Below are positions 38,561 to 47,225 of a DNA stretch of 64,000 nucleotides, one piece after another. This DNA is from a virus. Taxonomy: Duplodnaviria > Caudoviricetes. The notes beneath the pieces are model-generated. The model saw only the letters and a program-made list of their open reading frames with translations, did not search any database and was not told where the DNA came from. Each line of letters starts with the position of its first letter. The stretch's first letter is position 1. The translations under genes were made by a program, and so were the position numbers. Where the stretch lies: IMG/VR virus record IMGVR_UViG_3300020577_006271, positions 32,001-96,000 of that record; one strand, written 5' to 3'.

Positions 38561-39187
38561 TTATTTTCCTTTTAAATATAAGCAGCAATTTCCGCTGAGC
38601 TCACATATTATGTCGCGTATAATTAATTCTGCTTCTTCATAAATATTTTGTTTACTGTTATTCACTGATTCGTTAACTGTTAAGAATGCTCCGTGAGTTG
38701 ATGGATTGGAAACGAAATCCCAGCAAACCAATTGGAAATCATCTTCTACCTGATCAGTATCTTCATTAATCTTTTTAACCGAACCCATTCCCCTTGAAGA
38801 AATACCAACGGTTAAATCAGCTTGAATTAATTCTTTGAGAATATTCCCCGATGGGGTATTAAGAATTTCAACCTTCCCCATTAAATCATCGCCTTCCCAC
38901 CAACATTCTCGGACGACATGCGATACATTTTTCAAATTAACAACTGATGACTCCGGGTGATCCAACTCTCCATAGGCTCTTTTTTCCGCTACTTCTTTAT
39001 TAAGATAGTTGTTTACTTCCCGTTCAAGAATAGCCCGTGGATAGATTCTTTGATTTTGATTTTTAGCGTTGGCCCGTTGCAATACACCAGTTACAACCAA
39101 TCGTTTTTGTCCGTCAGTTGTAATAGATTCACTTAGGTTCTTTCTAAGTTGAAATGGCATAGTATCAATTAAGTATGTTTTCTTCAT
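38561..39187 (-). CDS. prohead core protease (T4 gp21-like)
   Basis: NQNQRIYP, GELDHP, VSH, TPSG, GISSRGMGS, DFVSNPST. Confidence 0.95.
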   Translation of the reverse strand: MKKTYLIDTMPFQLRKNLSESITTDGQKRLVVTGVLQRANAKNQNQRIYPRAILEREVNNYLNKEVAEKRAYGELDHPESSVVNLKNVSHVVRECWWEGDDLMGKVEILNTPSGNILKELIQADLTVGISSRGMGSVKKINEDTDQVEDDFQLVCWDFVSNPSTHGAFLTVNESVNNSKQNIYEEAELIIRDIICELSGNCCLYLKGK

Positions 39188-39213
39188 GTATAATCCAATA
39201 TCATTATTTATAG

Positions 39214-39417
39214 TTATTGCCTAAAAGTCTCCTTATATTTGGCAAGTTCTAAAATAGCTTTCCGCTTTCTTGATGGCTTAATAAATCCATCATTGATTTC
39301 TTTTAATCGTTGTATATTTCCCGAATTCGACAATTCCGTTTTCCATTGTCTTATTGCCCCGGATAATTTACCATCAATAACGTATGCCCCGATTCCAGGC
39401 ATTAAATTTGTTTTCAT
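39214..39417 (-). CDS. rpsU: phage-encoded ribosomal protein bS21 homolog
   Basis: VIDGKLSGAIRQWK..SGNIQRLKE..FIKPSRKRK..A pattern; position between portal region and protease. Confidence 0.7.
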   Translation of the reverse strand: MKTNLMPGIGAYVIDGKLSGAIRQWKTELSNSGNIQRLKEINDGFIKPSRKRKAILELAKYKETFRQ

Positions 39418-39490
39418 TTATTGTAATTTAGTTGAATTTACCTTTAAGTTCTTTAAGATTAGTTTTAACCTTATCATGATTGCATTAATA

Positions 39491-39601
39491 TTAGGTATTA
39501 CTTCTTGGTTGATCTTTACGCAAAGTTATTTTACCATCCGGAGCTACCCAAATTGTACCTATAGATAACCCATTTCCTGGGTATGTTAGTTTTGCGTTCA
39601 T
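39491..39601 (-). CDS. small hypothetical protein (36 aa)
   Basis: Manual translation MNAKLTYPGNG...; AAGGA upstream. Confidence 0.35.
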   Translation of the reverse strand: MNAKLTYPGNGLSIGTIWVAPDGKITLRKDQPRSNT

Positions 39602-39602
39602 T

Positions 39603-40421
39603 TTATCCTTGTATTTTGTGTATTAATTCGTGATATTTTAGAAGTGTTGAGACATGTTCGTCTTTCACAGTCTTACTGACAATAATATTATCTAACAGTG
39701 ATGCAGCTTCTTTAATTTTTATGTTAAGCCTCGAAGATGTTGTTGTATTTTCAAGTAATTTCTTTTTAATCTTAGTACATTCACTAAGAATAAATTTTCT
39801 AAATTCAATATTATCAGGACCAGTTAAAATATATTGGCTTAAAATTTGTTTTTGGGATTCGTGCAAATTCCCATATTTATCGTTAAATTTGTCGAACAAC
39901 AATTTAATTGCCAATGATCGAGTAGGTCTATCAATAGTTTCAAACAATGTTTTGGCTGAAGGTTTAACTTCAGTTTCCTTATTCAGATGTTCCAAAACAA
40001 TTTCTCTTGATTTTAGTTTTTCAAGTTGATTACCAAAATTCCGATTTTCAAATAAATAACACAAAGCACCGTTTAAACGGTAATTTTCTATTTTGTGTTG
40101 AAAAAATTCATCTAAGTTATAATTTGTCTTAATTTCTTTAATTAAATTATATCGCTGTTTCTGAATAGCAGCCTCGTCTAATTTAGAATATTCGGATAAC
40201 GCTAAATCAATTAAACGTGTTCCATTTAATTTTTGGGTGTTTTCACTGAATAATTTATAGAGCGAATATTCCTTACCTAATTCAGATGACGATTTAAAAT
40301 ATCGTTTAATTATCTGCAAGGATTTTGAATTCTGTTCTGTTAATATCTCACTGACTATTCGTCTCGACAATAGTTCAAAAATTAAACCGGTATTTTTAAA
40401 CTTTGAAATTTTTATCTTCAT
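39603..40421 (-). CDS. conserved hypothetical head-morphogenesis protein
   Basis: SKFKNTGLIFELL..YNLIKEIK..KFNDKY..Q; directly downstream of portal. Confidence 0.65.
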   Translation of the reverse strand: MKIKISKFKNTGLIFELLSRRIVSEILTEQNSKSLQIIKRYFKSSSELGKEYSLYKLFSENTQKLNGTRLIDLALSEYSKLDEAAIQKQRYNLIKEIKTNYNLDEFFQHKIENYRLNGALCYLFENRNFGNQLEKLKSREIVLEHLNKETEVKPSAKTLFETIDRPTRSLAIKLLFDKFNDKYGNLHESQKQILSQYILTGPDNIEFRKFILSECTKIKKKLLENTTTSSRLNIKIKEAASLLDNIIVSKTVKDEHVSTLLKYHELIHKIQG

Positions 40422-40433
40422 ATAATAATTAGT

Positions 40434-42227
40434 TTAGACGTTGATTAAATGTGAAAATTTATCAATTGCCGTCTCACTTAACATCATTATCTCATCGTTT
40501 TCAGTTAAAATTTCCGAGTTGGTTTGAGATATCGACATTGTTTTTCTTAAGCTTTCCATGGCAGAACTAAGTTCTTTGGACCCAAACGGGTCTCTACCAA
40601 GATCTTTATCTTTAACAGTACCAAACTTATTAGCTTCTGGTGGACGACCTTGGTTGTTTATTCTTTCATCCGGAACATATAATTGCTTGACGGCCGTTTC
40701 AGCTTTTGAATCGCCGCCATTATTATTATCAACATACATTGCAGCAAGTGTATGCGGTGTTCCAACAGCAACTCCGGAAATTTTAGGATCATTTCCTTCT
40801 TCGGTAATTTGTTTTTCTCTGAAAGACAATTGTAAATCTTGTATAATATCATCCGACATCGCCTTCCATTCTTCAGCAGATAAGTTGAAGATGGTTTCAT
40901 AAATATATTTTCTAGAAAATAAATTCGTTTCCTTCATCGTTGACACCAGATCTGTTTTTTCTTTTAACAGTTCTATTTTTTGCCGTTCGTATATCAATGA
41001 TGGATTGGTCAAGGTAAGTTCAAATTCTAATAATTCTGAATTGGTGAATCCTTGTGCCATTAAATGTATATATGCAATCTTGTATAATTCGCCGATAATT
41101 ACCTTTTGAATTCTACCAATTGTTCTCGCGAATCTAACATCTTCAGCAGCCAATAAACTTTTCCCTTCAGTTGATTCTTCTTCGCCCAAATAAGCTAATG
41201 GAATTTTAAGGTTCTGCATCATTTTTTTACGAATATATTGAATATCTTCAATTGAGCCTTCATTTGCAGATCCATCTAAAGTTTCAATAGTTGTACCGCT
41301 ACGATCACCACGAATTGGAAAATAATAATCCTCGTTGATATTCTGTATATTATATGATAAGTTGTATTGTCCTGTTGCTGGATCGATATACGGAACTTTT
41401 TTATTCAAGTTCATAATCTCTTCCATGTGGGTGTCCACGTCGTTGGGATTTAAATTACCGACATCTATTTTGAATATACGTTTGGCTGGAGCTCGCATAA
41501 TTCTATGAATTAACATCGCGTCTTCCATTAAGGTCAATTTTTTATATTCCTTCTTAGCACCTTCGATTATAGATTTTCCATAAGGTAAATACGCCGAATC
41601 GGATAAAAGTCTAAAATGCGCTACTTCGTGTAAATCAAAAATATTTTTAGAAACTGACAAATAGCCACCATCTATAGGTTGGAATTTAAACTGCACATTA
41701 TCACCATCTTCGACTCTTCGCATTAAGGATGGGTGCAATGGAATGACTTCAATTATTCCGGCCCCGTCTTGAATATTTAATACCAAAAATAAGTCACCGT
41801 TTTTTACTAAGGACCTAACCCAAAACCACAAATTATATTCTACATTTAAAACATCATAGAATAAATTAACCAATATTTTTTTTAATTTTATGTTAGTTGT
41901 TTGTATGGTGATTAAATCTCCGGTTGGAGAATTCGCAGTTGCTTCATCCGCATAGATATCGAGAGCCGACGACAATATAGCATCGGTATCCATTAACTCA
42001 TAATCATAATAAGTTTCTAGACGTGATAATTCAATCGATTCAATATTACTCTGATAGCTGCCCCATCCACTATAATTATTTAAGGTTTTTCTCATCAATG
42101 TATAACGAGAATTTTGATTACCTATACTTTGTTGCTGGGCGAAGTCTATTAATTTCAACCTGTCGCCAGGTTGTTTAACCAATAATAATTTATTTGAAAA
42201 TAATCCCTGTAAAACCGTTTTAAGCAT
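40434..42227 (-). CDS. portal protein (T4 gp20-like)
   Basis: SALDIYADE, LMEDAMLIHRIMRAP.KRIFKIDVGN, EDYYFP.RG, EDVRF. Confidence 0.95.
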   Translation of the reverse strand: MLKTVLQGLFSNKLLLVKQPGDRLKLIDFAQQQSIGNQNSRYTLMRKTLNNYSGWGSYQSNIESIELSRLETYYDYELMDTDAILSSALDIYADEATANSPTGDLITIQTTNIKLKKILVNLFYDVLNVEYNLWFWVRSLVKNGDLFLVLNIQDGAGIIEVIPLHPSLMRRVEDGDNVQFKFQPIDGGYLSVSKNIFDLHEVAHFRLLSDSAYLPYGKSIIEGAKKEYKKLTLMEDAMLIHRIMRAPAKRIFKIDVGNLNPNDVDTHMEEIMNLNKKVPYIDPATGQYNLSYNIQNINEDYYFPIRGDRSGTTIETLDGSANEGSIEDIQYIRKKMMQNLKIPLAYLGEEESTEGKSLLAAEDVRFARTIGRIQKVIIGELYKIAYIHLMAQGFTNSELLEFELTLTNPSLIYERQKIELLKEKTDLVSTMKETNLFSRKYIYETIFNLSAEEWKAMSDDIIQDLQLSFREKQITEEGNDPKISGVAVGTPHTLAAMYVDNNNGGDSKAETAVKQLYVPDERINNQGRPPEANKFGTVKDKDLGRDPFGSKELSSAMESLRKTMSISQTNSEILTENDEIMMLSETAIDKFSHLINV

Positions 42228-42262
42228 GTTCTTCCATTATTAGTAATAAATAGTAATTTAGG

Positions 42263-43876
42263 TTATAATAACCATAATAATGATTCAGATTTACCATTTA
42301 CACGCATTGTATAATAATTTCCAGTTGACATTGCAGGTTTATATACGGTTTTACGAATGTTAGTTAAGGCCATCCGGTTAAGTTCAATACCTTTAGATCT
42401 TAATTTCAGGGCGGTATCTATTACAAATAATGCAATAGCCATGGCCATAACTAAATCGTCATTATATCCTGAATCGGCCTGAGCTTTTCCGTCTATCCAT
42501 TTAAATGCTTTAAATTGATTATGTAAACGGTGTGACCTATAGGTCAAATATCTTGAGTTTGCTTGTGTAGCCTGTTGTAATTTACCAATCATGGTTGGTC
42601 TCGTCTTAGGAGATGTGGTATGACCCGGCACCATGTCTTCTTTATTCTTTAGGTCGTAGTTTTTCGCAATGTGAATATTGGTGTCCACATATGGATCATT
42701 TCGAACCGTATAATATAAATTTTCATAGTTAAGCTCTAATACCGATTGAACTGTCGACCATCCAACATTTGCATTTTCTATTGCCAATAGTGCATTATTC
42801 CACTCGGTTGCAACTGATACTAAAATTCTAGCAAATTCTGTAGTACCCAATAGTCCTTCCCACTCTGCAACTTGTTCGCAGGCATCTACATCGACGACAA
42901 TAAACGTAGATTTATCTGATCCATCGCCCCTAGCTACATCCGCAGCAACAATGTAATTTTTTCCAGATTCTGGATATTTCCATATCCAATATTTTGATTC
43001 GGCACCACGCATTTCTATGGGATCCTTGACCGTATTAGCTTCATACCATTGAATATCTTCTGGATTGATGACTGTATGCCCAGATGCTTCAAATGATACA
43101 TCATTTTCTTGTGCTGCAGCTCTTTCTGATGATGCCAACGCTGTTTGTTGTTTTCTCCAAGTTTCATCACGTTCAGGATGTAATTCCCACGATAGTCGGA
43201 TTGGATTAAATTTTTCAAGCCCTTCGATTACGTCACCACTAAGTGCTTTAGTCCATAGGTTGTAAAATAAACCAGACGCGCCATTGGGTGTCGATAGTAT
43301 GATTGCCGAACCACCGGTTGCAAGTGTAGATTGTGCAGAAGTCCAAATTTCTTCAAATGCAGGAACGAATGCAGCTTCATCTATTATTAATAAAGACAAT
43401 GACTTTGAACGTGCAGCATTTTTATTACTCGAAACTGCTTCAACCGATGATCCATTAGTAAGAATTAGTTGGGTTTGGTTGTTATTAACAATCTGGGCAT
43501 GTTTTTTCAAATATGACGGCAATCCATCATACATTACTTTAACTTTACCGAATAACTCTCGTGCAATTAGCTGAGTAGTTGCTATAATCAATACTTTGAA
43601 TGACTCATTGCTAATTATTTTTGATATTACATGTGCCGCACATAATGTAGATATACCCATTTGCCGACCCTTACCAACAATGTTGAAACGGTGTTGATCA
43701 AACTGTTTAATGGTGGACTCTTGATATGGATATAAATTGAACGGTATTTTGCCTCTTAAAGGATGTTCAATCTTACAATGCTTGCGAATTAAATATATTG
43801 GATCTTCAAAACATTTTCGCTTTTCGTTTTCAATAACATCCTGCAGTTGCTTATTAATATTTGCCGAATCGGCCAT
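42263..43876 (-). CDS. terminase large subunit (gp17-like)
   Basis: KGRQMGIST, LLIIDEAAF, STPNG, ADVARGDGSD, NDDLVMA. Confidence 0.95.
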   Translation of the reverse strand: MADSANINKQLQDVIENEKRKCFEDPIYLIRKHCKIEHPLRGKIPFNLYPYQESTIKQFDQHRFNIVGKGRQMGISTLCAAHVISKIISNESFKVLIIATTQLIARELFGKVKVMYDGLPSYLKKHAQIVNNNQTQLILTNGSSVEAVSSNKNAARSKSLSLLIIDEAAFVPAFEEIWTSAQSTLATGGSAIILSTPNGASGLFYNLWTKALSGDVIEGLEKFNPIRLSWELHPERDETWRKQQTALASSERAAAQENDVSFEASGHTVINPEDIQWYEANTVKDPIEMRGAESKYWIWKYPESGKNYIVAADVARGDGSDKSTFIVVDVDACEQVAEWEGLLGTTEFARILVSVATEWNNALLAIENANVGWSTVQSVLELNYENLYYTVRNDPYVDTNIHIAKNYDLKNKEDMVPGHTTSPKTRPTMIGKLQQATQANSRYLTYRSHRLHNQFKAFKWIDGKAQADSGYNDDLVMAMAIALFVIDTALKLRSKGIELNRMALTNIRKTVYKPAMSTGNYYTMRVNGKSESLLWLL

Positions 43877-44202
43877 TATAAACCTCCCAAGAAATATCCT
43901 ATGGCAAGTGCTATAATATAATTAATTATTTTAGGTTTTTGGGAAACTGGGTTTAAAATTTCACCATAGGTACGCAACTGTAATTGCTGTATAGAATCTA
44001 TCTTTGTTGAACTGTTTCTAAAATTCAATTCTAAACTGTCTTTGATTACATATTCTTTGATTATTTCCTGAGATATAGAATCCTTTTTTTCGAGATATAC
44101 GATATATCTGGCGGCAAATTTAATTTCATCCTGTGTTAATGTATCTTGACCTATTGAAAAACTGCTAATAAGGCATAGGCTTAAAATCAAAATTAGTTTC
44201 AT
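43876..44202 (-). CDS. secreted/membrane protein, spanin-like partner
   Basis: Signal peptide ending SIG followed by Q, C-terminal TM; overlaps the upstream TM coiled-coil gene. Confidence 0.45.
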   Translation of the reverse strand: MKLILILSLCLISSFSIGQDTLTQDEIKFAARYIVYLEKKDSISQEIIKEYVIKDSLELNFRNSSTKIDSIQQLQLRTYGEILNPVSQKPKIINYIIALAIGYFLGGL

Positions 44203-44503
44203 TTTTTCGGTCCTTTATTATTTGAATTGCATCCTGTAAGCCAATTGTATCAACTTGCATATCACGCATTTCGGTTTTTAAAATTTTGATTTGTTCTTCA
44301 GATTTTCTGATGGCATCTAGTGTGACAACCATTGAATCCTTGATATTGTCAACAACCGGAGTTAACTCCTTGATATATTCTATTTTTTGTTGGCTTTGTT
44401 TTTCAACGATGGAATTAATTCTAGAGTTGTAATAAATTATTGCTATTAGTATTAATATTGCCAAGCCGGCAATAATTAAATGTAATTTATGATTCGATTG
44501 CAT
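44165..44503 (-). CDS. i-spanin-like membrane coiled-coil protein
   Basis: N-terminal TM followed by coiled coil. Confidence 0.45.
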   Translation of the reverse strand: MQSNHKLHLIIAGLAILILIAIIYYNSRINSIVEKQSQQKIEYIKELTPVVDNIKDSMVVTLDAIRKSEEQIKILKTEMRDMQVDTIGLQDAIQIIKDRKNETNFDFKPMPY

Positions 44504-45089
44504 TTAATACATCCCTTTTATATTCATTATATTCATCAATTATTTGATCAGCTATGGCCGGATCCACTGGTGTTTTGATTATAGATCCATCCGATTTAAC
44601 TTCTTCAAAATATCCACGACGTAATGGAGCAACTATCTCTTCGAGTACTTGATCCGAATCTTTGAATATTGATATTGCTTTATTTTTCATTTTCGCTTGT
44701 TCGTATTCCTTGAACTTTCCAGATATTCTTAAATCGTCTTCCATTCTGCAAGTACATTCAGCACACATTTCAGTCTTAAACCTGTATTTTTTATCTAGTC
44801 GATCATTTTTGGCAGTGCATACTTCCTTTGGGCATTTTGGAAACTTTTCTAATTCTTCGCGAAGTTTCACCAAGGCGTCTATCGCATCTGGATGTCTATT
44901 AGATTTAAATAGGTAGCCTTCTTTTTTTTGTATCCAAGTGATGTTCCCGTTAGAATCAGTCTCCTGCCATATATCTCCAACTTTACGTTCCGGTAGTGAT
45001 TCGGGTGGAATAAATCCAAATATTTTCTTTTTTTGTAAAGCATGCTCCCCATCTAACATCTGCTTTACTTTATGTAAATTCTTATCCAT
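44487..45089 (-). CDS. conserved hypothetical protein
   Basis: RKVGDIW..W.QKKEG, CPKEVC, CAEC. Confidence 0.6.
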   Translation of the reverse strand: MDKNLHKVKQMLDGEHALQKKKIFGFIPPESLPERKVGDIWQETDSNGNITWIQKKEGYLFKSNRHPDAIDALVKLREELEKFPKCPKEVCTAKNDRLDKKYRFKTEMCAECTCRMEDDLRISGKFKEYEQAKMKNKAISIFKDSDQVLEEIVAPLRRGYFEEVKSDGSIIKTPVDPAIADQIIDEYNEYKRDVLNAIES

Positions 45090-45108
45090 TGTTATAATGT
45101 ATTATATC

Positions 45109-46239
45109 TTATAAATAGTTTTTGTATTTGTAAAATCCACAAATTTGATTGATGGGTTGAAATAGGCCAGTCATCTTGTATAATACATCATTGTGATTAA
45201 ACACGATACCTTCTATGTTTTTTAATTTGTTGACCCCACCTAATTTCTTGATAGTTACCAAATGCTTCTCCACATTAATATTGTTATTCCCAACATGTTG
45301 CAACCCAAGCAAATACATATCAAGTATGCTTTGTATGTTCGATAACCGTGCATCGTTATCCGAAATAGTGTTTATTAGGTTAATACCAAAATTTTGTATG
45401 ATATCAGCAAATGTAGATTCTAAATCAACAAGATCTGCAGGCAATGATGTTTTTTCATAATGAAGTATTTCATTGGCAGACAATCCAAAATTAACATGTG
45501 TCATACGCAAGGATTTATCCCCGTATATCCAACGTTTTTTTAACTGGATTTTCTGTTGGTTTGTTAGTTTGAATTTATCTATTAATTTATAAACATATTT
45601 GTCAGTGAAATCATAAACTGTATTAGAATCATTTAATCCATGTAATTCCAAAAATTTATCAATTTCGTATATTGTTGGTTCAATGTGTTCGTTAACATCA
45701 TAGACCAGACGATTATATAATTCAATTTTCCAACCATCAAACATGTCGTCGGTTTTAAATTGATCCACAGACGATATATCAGAATGTGATATTATATTTC
45801 CTTGCCCGTCAGTTCGTACGGCACCAGTAATTATTATCCGCTTCTGCTCTCCATAATCAATAATATTACGAGTATTTGGATTAATTATTTCTAAATTTAA
45901 AAAGACCAATCCATCTTCAAAGAAGTCAGCCTGATCTATATAAAATATTAAATCATTTATTGCTAACATCGCCTGGGAGAATGATTCTTGTACGTGGGCC
46001 AGGTGGTTTTCGAAAAATTGGTTAAGTTGAATTACCGAATACGGATTTTTAAGACTAGACTTGTTTCTAGCAGCTCTAACTTCACCATTGATATAAGTTA
46101 CCATTAAATTTTGCCCATCGAATTTCTCGTAAATTGGAGTTGTGCCGTCACGGAAATCACGTATAATAGTCTTAATTTCACCAAAAGTTAAATTTTTAGC
46201 TTGGTGTAAATGTTTAATAGATCCAAAGGCTCCTGACAT
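45109..46239 (-). CDS. ligase-like nucleotidyltransferase-fold protein (DUF6267-like)
   Basis: EKFDGQN (KxDG), RNK, NLEII, EGIVF, YKMTG. Confidence 0.65.
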   Translation of the reverse strand: MSGAFGSIKHLHQAKNLTFGEIKTIIRDFRDGTTPIYEKFDGQNLMVTYINGEVRAARNKSSLKNPYSVIQLNQFFENHLAHVQESFSQAMLAINDLIFYIDQADFFEDGLVFLNLEIINPNTRNIIDYGEQKRIIITGAVRTDGQGNIISHSDISSVDQFKTDDMFDGWKIELYNRLVYDVNEHIEPTIYEIDKFLELHGLNDSNTVYDFTDKYVYKLIDKFKLTNQQKIQLKKRWIYGDKSLRMTHVNFGLSANEILHYEKTSLPADLVDLESTFADIIQNFGINLINTISDNDARLSNIQSILDMYLLGLQHVGNNNINVEKHLVTIKKLGGVNKLKNIEGIVFNHNDVLYKMTGLFQPINQICGFYKYKNYL

Positions 46240-46240
46240 A

Positions 46241-47221
46241 TTAATTTGTTTTAAAATTTGTTTTATTATATTCTTTTAATTTGTTTATAGCTTCAAGTGT
46301 GGATAGATTTATCTTTAAAAAATTAGCTGTAATTATTCCACATTTTATTGCGCCTAATAATCTATGATGCCCATCTAATAGGTGAAATTCATTTGATATT
46401 AACAACGGAGTTTTAAGGATAACCGTTGTTTCTATCTTATCTGAATCTATCAAGGTTTGTGTTAATTTGATTTTCTTTAATGGCAAGTGTACAAAATCAA
46501 AATTTATATTATTTGCCGCCAGCCATTCCATAAGAGCATTGATGTCATCTATTTGTGGCATATCATTACGATCAATTCCCATTACTGAGCGGGTATGTAT
46601 TAATTTTTCAGCCAATATATTATTTATTAATTTTTTGGGTGGGGTTCCATTGATTATTTCATCTAACGATGATGTCATCAACCGATCTTTCACCATGTCA
46701 TAAATAGACTTTTTGAACCAACCGAATATCTCGTTAAAATCTGTCGGTGAACCATACTTCATCACATTCCTGACATAGGTTCCTGACAAAATATTGCCAT
46801 TGTGCATTATATTTATTTTTGGTATTTGGTAAATATAACCATGTTTGTCACTGGTTTCAAAATTGCCATCAGTTGGGAAATGTTGGTAGTATCCAGGAGT
46901 TCCATCCTTTTTGGTAGTTGCTAAACGTCCAGAATCTTTATCAGAGTATGCACAAATAAGAATAACATCGGACAGATCGTAATGATTTATAAATTCAGGT
47001 GAATATGGATTTTTTTCATATAAAAAATGTTTAGGATTGATCCCAAATTCAGCTGCTATCAATTGCTTATCGTCAAATGTGAATTGACAATCATTTGTAC
47101 GTTTATTACTACTAACTACAAATACAATCGCATCTGGGAATTGCTGTTTTAAATGCATATATGCAGCATAATGATGTCTGCTAAAGGGTTGAAATTTTCC
47201 TGGGTATATAACTATTTTCAT
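46241..47221 (-). CDS. cytidylyltransferase-like (HxGH family) domain fused to ParB/Srx-like domain
   Basis: IYPGKFQPFSRHH, KD..RL, SGTYVR; RNDMPQI..LLDGHHRL. Confidence 0.7.
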   Translation of the reverse strand: MKIVIYPGKFQPFSRHHYAAYMHLKQQFPDAIVFVVSSNKRTNDCQFTFDDKQLIAAEFGINPKHFLYEKNPYSPEFINHYDLSDVILICAYSDKDSGRLATTKKDGTPGYYQHFPTDGNFETSDKHGYIYQIPKINIMHNGNILSGTYVRNVMKYGSPTDFNEIFGWFKKSIYDMVKDRLMTSSLDEIINGTPPKKLINNILAEKLIHTRSVMGIDRNDMPQIDDINALMEWLAANNINFDFVHLPLKKIKLTQTLIDSDKIETTVILKTPLLISNEFHLLDGHHRLLGAIKCGIITANFLKINLSTLEAINKLKEYNKTNFKTN

Positions 47222-47225
47222 AATA

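Noticed and set aside
40434-43876. Inteins or group I introns in TerL, portal, MCP or RecA
   Set aside because: Normal lengths, contiguous motifs and no intein splice motifs
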